DNA of 63,938 nt, filler included, from Phoronis australis (Eukaryota > Animalia > Phoronida), in assembly GCA_002633005.1 (NCBI GenBank). It is 7 parts of 7 records of this genome, joined end to end, with 100 filler letters (N's around TTAATTAATTAA, not from the genome) between each part and the next. Parts side by side here need not be neighbours in the genome. Positions count along the whole stretch, not along the records: positions 14,587 to 33,243 come from NMRA01000165.1; positions 33,344 to 37,394 come from NMRA01002730.1; 5 more parts are not named here. One strand, given 5' to 3'. This document shows positions 25,851 through 36,929 of the stretch, piece by piece. Position numbers and translations under genes: made by a program. The number at the start of each line of letters is the position of its first letter. Position 1 is the stretch's first letter. The notes beneath the pieces were generated by a model. The model was given only the letters and a program-made list of their open reading frames with translations. It searched no databases and was not told the origin of the DNA.

Positions 25851-26566
25851 CTAAGTTCTGTAAGTGGTCTTGCATGTTGGTTGTAATATTGAACTTGCTT
25901 CATGGACTTTTGCAGGAGATGGCAGGTCCTTTTCTTTGTTGTTGAATACGGGTAGGTTTGAACGAACCTTACGGTTGAACATGTATTCGGCTGGAGAAGG
26001 TAATCCAGGGGCAATGGGCGTAGTGCGTAGACATAGTAGCGCCTTCTGTGGATCATCTCCGGATTCTAACGATTTTTGGGACATCTCTTCACTGTCCCGA
26101 CGAATCTTTCCGCTTTTCCGTTACCTTAGGGATAGTGCGGGCTGCTAGTCACATGCTTGAAGTCATATTCTTCAACAAATCTTCGAAATTCATCACTGCT
26201 GTACTGTGGACCGTTATCGCTCACAAGGGAATGCGGGATACCATACTCTGACATGACCATACGTAGTTGTTGTATGATGCTGGGCGAAGTCGTAGACGAA
26301 AGCTTGCGAACAATACAGAATGAACTGTAATAGTCGACGACTAGTAGGTATGAGTTGTTGTTCCACTGGAACAAATCAGAACCAATGATAACCCATGGCT
26401 GCTAGGCTTCAATGTGCAGAATTGGCTCTTTTTGTTGCAACGATTGCTTTCGTTGACACGAGGCACAAGATTGCACCATGAGCTCAATGTCTGAGTTCAT
26501 ACGGGGCCAAAATACAGACAACTTGGCACGCAGTTTGGATTTCTCTATATCAGGGTGTCCAAAGTG
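25851..26566 (-). pseudogene. Gypsy integrase (frameshifted)
   Basis: GH...FWPRM..DI...V.SCASCQ zinc-binding region, GSDLFQW, VVDYYS, SDNGPQY, SSPHYP, NGKAERFV, ALLCLRTTP. Confidence 0.9.
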
Positions 26567-27169
26567 TTACTTCTCCATAACGTATGAACGTAGGATTTTG
26601 GGGATCACGACACGATCTCCTTTCACAATGATTCCATCATAAAGTGACAGTTCATCACGATATGTCCAATAATCTTGTACACAGGCAGGACAAGCAGCTC
26701 TGGAATCAGGCCAACCTTGGGTGATCGCTTGCTTCAGCTGGGCTAGGACCTCGTCTTGTTCGGTTAGTTGTCGAATATCTTGTAAGCGCGGCTTTGTTAC
26801 ACTGACTAGACTGTGAATGTTCACGTCCATATCTGAGATAGCAGAACCAGGAAGTGAGTTTCTAGAGAGAGCTTCAGTAACAGAAATGTTCTTTCCCGGA
26901 GTGTAGGTCACCGTAAAGTCATACTGCTGTATGCGAAGTAAAATACGTAACAGTCTAGGTGGGGCGCTTGATAGTTTCTTCTTGGTGATACTCATGAGCG
27001 GTTTGTGCTCAGTTTCGATTCTCACAGGTCGCCCATACAAGTAATGATGAAAGCGTTCAAGTCCAAGGACAATAGCTAACATTTCTCTTTCAATGTTGCA
27101 GTAGATGGACTCGGTTTCAGTGAGACTCTTGCTTGCGAAAGCGACTGGACGTTTGTTCTGGAACAACAC
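26567..27169 (-). CDS. Gypsy RNase H and linker
   Basis: PVAFASKSLTETE..Y..IEREMLAIV.GLERFHHYLYG, HKPL, ALSR. Confidence 0.9.
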   Translation of the reverse strand: MLFQNKRPVAFASKSLTETESIYCNIEREMLAIVLGLERFHHYLYGRPVRIETEHKPLMSITKKKLSSAPPRLLRILLRIQQYDFTVTYTPGKNISVTEALSRNSLPGSAISDMDVNIHSLVSVTKPRLQDIRQLTEQDEVLAQLKQAITQGWPDSRAACPACVQDYWTYRDELSLYDGIIVKGDRVVIPKILRSYVMEK

Positions 27170-27178
27170 GGTTCCAAG

Positions 27179-28591
27179 TCAGGATTTACTTGCATCTGTT
27201 TGCACAGTAACTGTGAGTTTCGGATCAAAGTAAGGTAAGGCTGACGTAGAGCTAATAGCTTTCTTCACCCCTTCAAATACCTTTTCTTGGGCTGGAGACC
27301 AAACAAACTCAGAGTCTGTCTTGATAATGTCTCGCAGCGGTTTGCATAACGCAGACAAGTTGGAGGTAAATCTTGCAAGGTAGTTGACCATGCCTAGGAA
27401 GGACTGCAACTGCTGTGTGTCGCGTGGCGGTTTCATGTTGACGATTGCAGAGATTTTGTCAGGGTCTGGTTCGAGACCATCTGCACCAATGTAGTTCCCA
27501 AAGAACTTGATTTTCTGTTGCTTAATGCGACACTTATCAGGATTGAGACAAAGTCCTTGGTCCTTTGCTCGATGAACTGCAGATATGAGATTGTTGTCGT
27601 GTTCCTCAGCTGTTCTGCCAAAGACAATGATATCGTCAGCGACACCAACAACACCAGGTAACCCTTCAAAGGTAGCGTCGACCTTCCGTTGGAAGACATC
27701 TTGGCTTGAAACGAGGCCAAATGGTAGACGGAGAAAAGAATACCTTTCCTGCGGTGTGTTGAACGTACACAGAGCTTGTGATTCTTTGTCTAACTTCACG
27801 TTCCAATAACCAGATTTCGCATCTAAAATGCTGAAGTATTTCGCACCGTGGAACATGGGGAGTATGTCGTCGAGTGTTTTTGTGGTATAGTGTTCTCGCT
27901 TTACCCACTTATTTAACTCACGTGGATCGGGATACACTCGGAGATCACCATTGGGTTTGTGAACATACACTAGACTGTGAACCCAATCAGTTGGTTCCTC
28001 GACGGGTTTGATGATGTCGAGATCAACCATTCTCTTTAATTCCTTCTGCAGAGGTTCCTTTAGGCTTTCAGGGACTCGACGTGGTGGGTTGACCGTAGGT
28101 TCTGCATCCGGCCTAAGAGTTATGTGGTATTCACCAGGGAATAGACCGATACCATCGAATACTTCGTGGTATGTGTTGAGAAGCAAGGTTTTCGCTTCAC
28201 TGTGATTGTCTGGGAGTTTTGCCAGCTTCTTGAGGTCATTGGTTTGTGTGGTCTTGCCGATTTGATGGAGACTGTTTTGGGTATGCGGAGTCAGCAAACC
28301 AAGTTCAACACTCGTGACTAGACTAATGAGCGTTGGACCTATGACGTCAATAATGTAGAATTTTGTGTTCAGAGTTTTGTCACTGAAATTAGCTTGCAGT
28401 TCCAGGGCACCAAAGTTTTTAATCGGAGTTCCACCATAAGCGGATAAATCAACGTTGGGGGCAGGGGACAAGTTCGTTGGTAGTCCATTCTGATCAACGT
28501 CGTCGGGACACACTTGCTTGAAAACACGAAGGGGCATAACATTCAGCTCTGTACCGGTGTCAATTTTACATCGAACCATAACGGGTTGCAC
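27179..28591 (-). CDS. Gypsy aspartic protease and reverse transcriptase
   Basis: IDTG protease motif; LDAKSGYW, RLPFGL, VADDII, FLGMVNYL and QTDAS motifs. Confidence 0.95.
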   Translation of the reverse strand: MQPVMVRCKIDTGTELNVMPLRVFKQVCPDDVDQNGLPTNLSPAPNVDLSAYGGTPIKNFGALELQANFSDKTLNTKFYIIDVIGPTLISLVTSVELGLLTPHTQNSLHQIGKTTQTNDLKKLAKLPDNHSEAKTLLLNTYHEVFDGIGLFPGEYHITLRPDAEPTVNPPRRVPESLKEPLQKELKRMVDLDIIKPVEEPTDWVHSLVYVHKPNGDLRVYPDPRELNKWVKREHYTTKTLDDILPMFHGAKYFSILDAKSGYWNVKLDKESQALCTFNTPQERYSFLRLPFGLVSSQDVFQRKVDATFEGLPGVVGVADDIIVFGRTAEEHDNNLISAVHRAKDQGLCLNPDKCRIKQQKIKFFGNYIGADGLEPDPDKISAIVNMKPPRDTQQLQSFLGMVNYLARFTSNLSALCKPLRDIIKTDSEFVWSPAQEKVFEGVKKAISSTSALPYFDPKLTVTVQTDASKS

Positions 28592-28599
28592 TTTTGTGA

Positions 28600-28933
28600 A
28601 GTCTGCATCTTGATGTGTTAAAACGCCTCAGTTTTATTTTGATTTTCGATAGTGTCCAGTGTGTACACTTCGACTCCTTGATCACCTTGATCAACATTAT
28701 GTACCTTGCTTGTACGTTGGGGAGGTTTGTGCGAGATTTGATTTTGTTAACGGGAGGTATAGTTAGTCTGTTTGTTTCTCTGTTTGCGTTTCAAACAGAC
28801 ATTGACAAAATGTCCCGTCATTTTGCAAAAATTACAGACCAGTCCATACGTGGGGCATGCTTCTTCCTCACGCATACGATTGCCACCACAGTTAAAGCAG
28901 GAGGTTTATCTCGACTTTTCTTTTACAGCAGTC
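28600..28933 (-). pseudogene. Gypsy gag 3' part with zinc knuckle
   Basis: Minus strand reads CFNCGG...CPTYGLVCNF/KMTGHFVNVC (CCHC-type, one frameshift). Confidence 0.75.
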
Positions 28934-31669
28934 CAGGGCTCGACATAACGAGCTGCAAGTCGCATTTGCTACCTGAAATTTGGAAATGCGAGCCGAGATT
29001 TTTGTCAGCTCGTATCAAGTCGCTAAATGCAACCTGGAATTTCCAACGTATGCGAGCTGAGTTTTTACACTTCTCGGCAGAAACCTGGCAAATATAAAGC
29101 AACTCTTGTTAATGCGACCGTTACTTGGTTGTTGCCAAATCCAAGGCAACCGTGAACAGCCCTTCCGATGATTTGTACATGTAAGCAAGTCGCGTGAACA
29201 TGGGATATGCGGAATCGATCTTTGACGCGTTTCATTGGCTAACACTTTCGACCTCTTTTGCAAGTTTCCGGATTCGGGCCGGAAAGTTTTGGGCCACTGC
29301 ATAACACGTGATAAAATGTCACAAAAAGGCGGTGCTGCTACTAATTCTGAAGCGATCAACTTATCAAACTTTGTGGTGGACAAATATGTTTATTTTTTGC
29401 GTAAGATGTCCTTATTACATATACCAAATATCCACAACATCCCTGATATTGCCGGCACTGCGGCACTGATCGGTTCCGTTGTTAGTGCGCAAGCGGTCCC
29501 AGCAGACAATCGTGACATAGAGATGTGCGTCTCGTTTTTTATTGCATATGACAGCCAAAGTGAGAATGGCAACCCTATTAATCGCCAAACGACTGTCACG
29601 TCTTTACTTTCAGTTACCAAGAAATTATTTAACCCCTTTACTTGTTTCTGGGGTTACGTGCGCGAAATATGATTTAACTTTCACACGTTGCTGCCAGCGT
29701 AAATAATGGGCACACCCAGGGGGGATTGGGGGGCTCGAACGAGCCCCCCAATTTGGCGAATTGGGCAAAAAGGTTCGTCTCAGTGAAACTATAGTCCCGC
29801 GAGTAAACGCGACAAAAATCCACAAAGTCCACAGGAATTCGGCGCGGATACACGATTGGCAGGCCTGAACCTAGTGGCCCCGATTTTTAGTCCTCGTTGA
29901 TTTTTTTCAGAAACAGGTCCGCATATGGAAGAATTCGAGCCCTCCTATATTTTAGGCTGGGTGCGCGCATGTTAAGTGTAGGCCTGCTCCTGCGATTCAA
30001 GTGGGGGGACTCACGCGTGCGCACCACTTCAAAGCTGCAAATCAAACGAGAACAGCTACAGCACTAAGTAAAGAGTTTACCAGCTTGGCTCTGTTAAGCA
30101 CCCGGGTACGTGCCAGTGGTTTATTTAAAAATGAACTCATAGATTCCCGGCGGTTATAAAAGATCCGATGTTTTACGATATTCCCCGGGACCGATATAAC
30201 CCAGAACTGATATTTCCTGTGACGATGTTTCCCGAGGTTGATGTTCCCTAAACCTTATACTCTATGTCAATAGCCAGCTGTTGCAACTAAACGGGTACTA
30301 GATGTTAAATTGTGGTCAGCGATTTTTTTATTCTTCGCTCGCCGGACCACCGTCGCCGTAAAATGTTCAGACTCCAATAGAAACAATCTTGTTCCGGCTG
30401 AAGCGGGCAATTAAAAACAAAATTATTCCGGGTGGCTAAAAAGGGTACAGTGTAGGTGGTAACGATATCCAGAAAGTCACCCCTATACTCGATGGAGTTT
30501 GTCTCGCAAAATCCTATCATTATATCGTTTCTTACCATTGCAGTTGTTTAATATCTTATTAACGCAAACACTCAGGTTAACGACAATGCTCACGCACAAG
30601 CCTACTCCCTACCTTTGAAGTGTTTTGTTCCAAGCGGTCACTGATTTACTAAGCGTTCCCGTTCAACCTTTGATAATTTCCCATTAAGCGCCCACGGTTC
30701 AGGCTAGCGCCCATCATAGCACACTATACAAACGACTGCGCGCGGTTTAAACTTGACACGCAGCCTATATAGTGTGTCACTCTCGTTTTACACAAAAAAT
30801 TCAGTTTTCAAAAACATCTTTTCTCAATATGTAAAACCCAAATCCCGGCTTTGTTTCATATCTGCGAAAGAAACTTAACACTAGTGACATGCGTGTCGTT
30901 TCGTGACTGACCTATTTTCCCCGTACTTGGAAGGTATTGAGGAGCAAACTCGAATTAAACGATGGAATCCCGCGCGCAGCCGGGAATTATTTCGAGGCTA
31001 TTCATTTCATAGAAAACAAATTGTTGAGTACGTAAACAGCATAAGTATCACATTTTTGTTATGAAATTTGCACTGAATTGTTCCCGCGCATCCAAATACG
31101 TCATTCGGTTAGGGCATCGTCTCACGTTTTTTTTTGTCAGATGTTTTTCAAACGTCGCGTTAAGTTGTAAAATTTGGGTTGCAAACAAAAAGTGGAGGGA
31201 ATTTGCACTCCGAGTTAGTTTGGATCTTTAACGACTTTGATGACAGCCAGTAGCAGGTCAGACCTAGCAAAATCACGGATACTTTTTCAACGAGCATTTT
31301 TTCCCTTTTCACATCGCAAACTTAGCTACTCGAACGCACGTGTCAGTTAGGGAGCACTGATTCAACTTTCACGTCGGCAAATTGCCTTGCGCTTTAGGGC
31401 CTTTCAATGGTGGTCGTGAAGAACAGTAATACCGTACCTGCATGAAAGAACTGTTTTGCGATCTGAAATTTATCAGTTTTTAACGCTGCAGGTAAGAGCA
31501 TAATCTAAACATTTTCTCGTGATCTAAAAAATCAATTTTGGAGTGTAAAAATGGAGGGAAATTTTTTGACCTGTCATTTATGAATGCGAGCTGGATTTTG
31601 AAAATGCGACCTGGGATTTTGGCTAGGTCGCAAAATGCGACCTGGTGATTTGAATAGCGTCGAGCCCTG
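28934..31669. mobile_element. 2.7-kb non-autonomous hAT-like element
   Basis: TIR cagggctcgac...gtcgagccctg; near-TSD agcagtcc (28927-28934) / agcaggcc (31670-31677); subterminal ggtcgca repeats; second copy at 35269-36929. Confidence 0.85.
29705..29972. mobile_element. Small MITE nested in the hAT-like element
   Basis: Imperfect TIR atgggcacacccag...ctgggtgcgcgcat; related sequence at ~100-140 and 58765-58950. Confidence 0.5.
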
Positions 31670-32285
31670 AGCAGGCCTCTTTCTTTGGAGAAACTGTTTC
31701 CGTCAGACACCGGTAACACTGAGAGCATCACTACTGTTGAGTGTCTATTTTGAATGTCCTGCATGTCCACCACTGCAGTCTCATGGGCACGTATCATACC
31801 TAATGCGCTATCTATCGTGAGATCTTCTTTGGCAATAAGTTTTTTTTTTAACGTTTTCGTGTCTTACACCTGCTATAATGATGTATAGAAGCTGTTCGTT
31901 TGTGTCTGCATAGTTACACTCGGATGCAACGATTTTTGCTCGCGTTAAAAATGCGTCAAATAGTCTCACCCTCCGTTTGTTTGAGAGCACGTAACTTGAA
32001 TCGGGCAACTCGGAAGTTGGTTTTGGGCTTACAGTATTTTTCAAACTTGTCATAATGCACTGTCAGGCTTTCTAAGTCGTCGCCAGTTAGTTCCCAGCCA
32101 TTGCGGATATCACGGCCTTCGTCGCCGACCCATAAAAGTAGGTAGTTAACCTTCACACTGTCTGTTTTTTTCCGCGAGGGGTCCGTTGAAAATAAGTTCA
32201 CACGTTTGAACTTTCTAAAACGATCTGGCAAGTTTTGCGCTTTCCAATCGATTGTGGGAATGGGTACGCCTGTTAAGTCATTCAT
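31670..32285 (-). pseudogene. Gypsy gag 5' part (frameshifted)
   Basis: ORFs 31956-32285, 31808-32053 and 31480-31797 give gag-like DW...NL..F..FK, YLLLWVGDEGRDI, ARFKL...KQ.EGE, F.TR....A.EC.Y and IR.HE. Confidence 0.85.
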
Positions 32286-32301
32286 GTCGGGGTTCGTTTA
32301 C

Positions 32302-32310
32302 CTGACACCA
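32302..32310 (-). promoter_or_regulatory. Primer-binding site TGGTGTCAG (tRNA-Leu-type)
   Basis: Directly follows ...gtgtttCA and lies 17 nt upstream of the gag ATG. Confidence 0.7.
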
Positions 32311-32392
32311 TGAAACACTTTGTGTTTTAAGTTAAGACAAGAACGTCGTCCTTGACTCTCTATTTGTGTGCAATGATAATAACTACATTACA
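32311..32392 (-). repeat. Candidate short or deleted 5' LTR (TGTAATG...TTTCA)
   Basis: TG...CA boundaries next to the PBS; no 3' LTR available for comparison. Confidence 0.4.
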
Positions 32393-32524
32393 TGTGGTCC
32401 GTAATACTAGACTTTTTTAGGTACGCGTATACAAAAACTATCAACCTTGATACGTGATTCTACGTGCGATTAATCTGGTATTTTTTAGTTAAATTAGTAA
32501 AGACCTATTGTTGTTATTTTTCAG

Positions 32525-33181
32525 ACGACCACACGAGCCTGACCCACCAGAATCACAAGTTGTATCAGGAGGTCACGACCTCACAGGAGCAGCACCAGCA
32601 GCAACAACAAAGATAGGAGCTAGATTTTAACTTCAGTGCAAAGTCTAAAAAAACTGTTTGAGATTGCCGGAATCTTAAAGTCGCCCGAAAATGATTCCTC
32701 TATTAGAAGAAATTAGTGGCCTTCAAATCGGGCAGTGACAATGATTTTCTAGATAAAAAAACTTTTGACCAACGGAGAATCGGCTGATAGTGAAGCCGAA
32801 TGAAGTATACAGTTATCAAAAACTGAAGGACGAATTCGGGTGTAAGAAAACAACCACTGCTAACAATGTTGAGCCCTCACAGTCAATTGTCGCTCAGAAT
32901 AAATCCATGGTCGTTGAAAACACTGACAGAATCATTGGTCATGAACATGGTGCGAAACACTCGGACTTCTGTCCCGGCGTGACTTGGACTCCGATTTTGA
33001 TAATTTGCACTCGAGAGACGGAGATGGCAACGACCCTAGCAGAAGCAGTTCGGCTTATAGCAGCAATGCTTTAGGTTCATCAGCAGTGCACTCTCCAGCA
33101 TCCCTAGATGATGCAGTTGACGTATTTGGCTCGGCACCATACGATCTGAACAAACGAAAAAAGAAGAAGGTTCCACTTTAG
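32525..33181 (+). pseudogene. Disrupted exon-like sequence, low complexity, possibly a NAK-family (AAK1/BMP2K) C-terminal region
   Basis: ttttcag acceptor, Q-rich start, YQKLKDE and DVFGSAPY motifs, several stops and frameshifts. Confidence 0.3.
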
Positions 33182-33961
33182 TCGGTGGGCCAGATCTCAT
33201 AGCGTTCATCCTTGTGAGTACTTTGGGGGGGGGGGGGGGGGGANNNNNNNNNNNNNNNNNNNNNNNNNNNNNNNNNNNNNNNNNNNNTTAATTAATTAAN
33301 NNNNNNNNNNNNNNNNNNNNNNNNNNNNNNNNNNNNNNNNNNNACAGAATTGAACTGAACACTGAACTGATTTATTCTACATATCCCAACAATATATATA
33401 GGCACAACTACGCATGACATAATACCAATTAAACTACTAAACTCATAAACAATAACAACCTACAAACATCCTGTTATTGTGTGACTAAGCACACAACAAA
33501 GAGGTCAGGCAAAATGAGAGTGTGACAAATTTCCCAGTTTCGCCTGTTCAAACTAGTGACATTTTTGTCAAAGTAACTGCGCCTTTTCACTGCGTCATTT
33601 GCTCAAATGAGCTCACTTTGTCACAGAGATCAGATCGCAACACCTTCTCATCAAAAACTATACATGTCGTAGGAATCATTACTTCGCGATTTCGCTTAAA
33701 TATAGTTCAATGAAGAGACATTTCACAAGTAAGGGAAGAACAAGAGATAAAACATTGTTATCATAAACAGAAATGGCCACCTAGGATTGCTTTTGAAGAC
33801 CGCATGTGGTTACACGTGGAGAGAACTGTGGCCAGATACAAGTAAGATGATGCACGCTACTGTAATGGCTTATAAAGAAAATGAACTCCCTGAAGCACAT
33901 CTTTGTTAACAACGTCTTCTGAACATGTATTATCTTTTTTGATTGTTTATTCCTCGGCCAG

Positions 33962-34154
33962 CTTGCAATACTCCTTTGATGCAAACGGGAGCTGTGCAGG
34001 ACCACCAGATATCGTCATCTGGCCACGTTGCAGAGTGCCCTAGGTCCCATGCCAGATTAAACAGCCGAAAGAACGTCAATGGATCACCCTCGTGCTACGC
34101 GTGGTGTACGATGTCTCTTAGCGATCCATGGATTAACGTGAATTTCGACATCAG
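33962..34154 (+). CDS. F5/8 type C (discoidin) domain exon (ACNTPLMQTGAVQDHQISSSG...HARLN...AWC...PWINVNFDIR)
   Basis: AG/GT boundaries; C..PL, QI..S, ARLN, AWC and W..V.F motifs. Confidence 0.88.
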
Positions 34155-34518
34155 GTGAATAGACGATTTCCATATGCAACTTCAAACAGGCACGTTTGTA
34201 TGAAATTAGTTAACCGTGCACTCGTTTGAGTCAGAAAGTCTGGTACACGATTTTGCTTTGACAACCAAGTCATGACGTTTGTTATGAAAAGGGTTTGCAA
34301 TTAAAAGCCAGGTGTAACTCCGTATTCAAACTTACACGGTCACTTCGCGGACCGGTTTAATGAAATAAGCAGAAAGTGTGGGAGATAAACGTTTTGGAAT
34401 TCTACTAGTTGACATTCTTCGAGCACTCCCGATGGAATTATTTTAGCTTATCTTTTAAAGCCACCAACCCGAGAAAGTTCTTAGACACGAATCAAATTAA
34501 GTATTTCAAACTTTTCAG

Positions 34519-34648
34519 ATACCGAATTACGGCTGTCAAGGTTCAAGGACGCGGTGATAAAAATTATCACTTAAATACGTATGCACTAAAGTACAGTAAC
34601 AATGGCCGCTACTGGAGTTTGTACCTGGACAGGACGAGAGATTCAACG
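34519..34648 (+). CDS. F5/8 type C domain exon (YRITAVKVQGRGDKNYHLNTYALKYSNNGRYWSLYLDRTRDST)
   Basis: tttcag/gtaag boundaries; IT.V..QGR and Y.L.YS.NG..W motifs; phase fits. Confidence 0.9.
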
Positions 34649-34982
34649 GTAAGTCGAAAGGATTTGTTCATGTCTGGTATTGCGATGCACGTCAACACAC
34701 CGATTCACGCACTGAATGAGAATAAAGGTGCGACTTGCAAATATGAAAAATCAGAGTTTGTTTGAAATCTTTCGAGTTTGTTGGAGGGACATGGTGATCA
34801 CGTCCCGGATTACCACAGCGCCCCCTCTGGTTCATATGATCATAAAATCGGCTTTTAATGACGCAGTTTACACTACGGAAATCCCGTCCACAAGCGTGCA
34901 CGCGCATGTAACTTTGTGAAAACCCCTATTGATTTGTTGTTAAGTTTGCAATGTATTAACATGTAATGATATTGCTTTTTAG

Positions 34983-35126
34983 TCCTTACTGGCCGGTCAA
35001 GGAAGTGTTACAACAACACTCAATCCTCCACTGGAAACCAGATATGTTAGAATTGTTCCCAGAACTTGGACGCCACAAACAATCGCCTGTCTCCGTTTTG
35101 AACTCTACGGATGTCCATTGGAATAG
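34983..35126 (+). CDS. F5/8 type C domain terminal exon (SLLAGQGSVTTTLNPPLETRYVRIVPRTWTPQTIACLRFELYGCPLE*)
   Basis: PP...RYVRI.P..W....CLR.ELYGC signature. Confidence 0.92.
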   Translation, partial: SLLAGQGSVTTTLNPPLETRYVRIVPRTWTPQTIACLRFELYGCPLE

Positions 35127-35268
35127 CTGTCATTCCGTTGGTAGAAGAACGTTTGTGGACGATTAGACTACTGTTTCTGGACAATTGCAGAATTACATTG
35201 TAATACTGGAATTTACTTTGTGAATATATTAACTGAAGCCATAACATGACTGATCTTGAATGTGGCCC

Positions 35269-36929
35269 TCGCATTTTGCGACCCAGCCAAAATCTCAGGT
35301 AGCATTTTCAAAATCCAGCTCGCATTCATAAATACCAGGTCGCAAAATCTCCCGCAATTTTTACGCGCGAAAATTGATTTTTTAAATCATTGAGAAAATG
35401 TTTAGATTATGCGTTTACCTGCAGCGCTAAATGATAACAAATTGCAGATCGCAAAATTGAGTTCGTTCATGCAGGTACGGCGTTACTGTTCTTCACGACC
35501 ACCATTGGAAGGCTCTAGAGCGCAAGGCAAGTTGTTGACGTGAAAGTTTAATCAGTGCTCTCTAACTGACACGTGCATTCGAGTTGCTAAGTTTGCGATG
35601 TGAAAAGGGAGAAAATACCCGTTGAAAAAGTATCCACGATTTTGTTAGGTCTGACCTGCTACTGGCTGTCATCAAAGGCGTTAAAGATCCAAACTAACTC
35701 GAAGTGCAAATTCCCTCCACTTTTTGTTCGCAACCCAAATTTTGCAACTTAACTCGACGTTTGAAAAACATCTGTCGAAAAAAATTCGTAAAACGATGCC
35801 CTAACCGAATGACGTATTTGGATGCGCGGAAACAATTCAGTGCAAATTTCACAACAAAAATGTGGTACTTATGCTGTTTACGTACTCAACAATTAGTTTT
35901 CATGAAATGAATAGCCTCGAAATAATTCCCGACTCCGTGCGGGTTTCTTTCGGGTAATTCGAGTTTGCTCCTCAGTACCGTCCAAGCCCGTGAAAAATAG
36001 GTCAGTCACAAAACGACACGCATGTCACTAGTGTTAACTATCTTTCGGAGGTATGAAACAAAGTCGGGACTTAATTTTTACATATTGAGAAAAGACGTTT
36101 TTTTGAAAACTGAATTTGCTGTGAAAAATGAGAGTGACACACTATATAGGCTGCGTGTCAATTTTAAACCACGCGCGGTAGTTTGTAGTGTATCATGATG
36201 TGCGCTAGCCTGAACTGTGTGCGCTTAATTGGAATCTCTCAAAAGTTGAGGGGGAACGCTTAGTAGATCAGTGAGCGCTTATTATGAAACACTTCAAAGG
36301 TGAAAAGTAGGCTTGTGCGTGAGCATAGTCATTAATCTAAGTGTTTGCGGTAATAAGACATTAAAAGACTGCAATGGTAAGTAACGTTATAATAATGCGA
36401 TTTTGCGAGGCAAACTCCATCTAGTAGGGGTGACTTTCTGGATATCGTTTCCACTTACACTGTACCCTTTTTAGCCACCCGGAATNTATAGGGCTTAGGG
36501 AACATCGACCACAAAGTTTGGCAAGTTGATCGCTTAAGAATTAATAGAAACACCGCTGTTTTGTGATGATTTATCACATGTTATGCAGTGGCCCAAAACT
36601 TCGGCGAATCCGGAAATTTGCAAAAGTTGCCGAAAATGTTAGCCAATGAAACGCGTCAAAGATCCATTCTGCATATCCCATGTTTACGCGACTTGCTTAA
36701 AAGTCATCGGGAGAGCTGTTTTCGGTTAGTGTTCTTTTGAACTTGGATTTGGCAACAGTCAAATAACGGTCGGATTAACAAGAGCTGCTTTATATTTACC
36801 AGGTATCTGCCGCATACATTGGAAATTCCAGGTCGCATTTTGCGACTTGATGCGAGCTGACAAAAATCTTAGCTCGCATTTCCAAATTTCAGGTCGCAAA
36901 TGCAACCTGCAGCTCGTTATGTCGAGCCC
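35269..36929. mobile_element. Second, inverted and internally deleted copy of the hAT-like element
   Basis: Reverse complement of ~28936-29385, ~30240-30265 and ~30425-31641; ends gtcgagccc; lacks the other terminus. Confidence 0.88.

Larger units (their letters stand above)
25809..32392 (-). mobile_element. Degenerate Ty3/Gypsy LTR retrotransposon, 3'-truncated, with gag interrupted by a hAT-like insertion
   Basis: Domain order gag-PR-RT-RH-IN; PBS and short candidate 5' LTR upstream; several frameshifts. Confidence 0.93.

Noticed and set aside
28615-29825. ORFs of 120-160 aa at 28615, 29015 and 29235
   Set aside because: Antisense to gag or inside a non-coding element; no recognisable motifs
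28934-36929. Giant inverted repeat or composite transposon capturing gag and the discoidin exons
   Set aside because: The two hAT-like copies lie on different contigs separated by the linker at 33244-33343, and copy 1 has its own TSD
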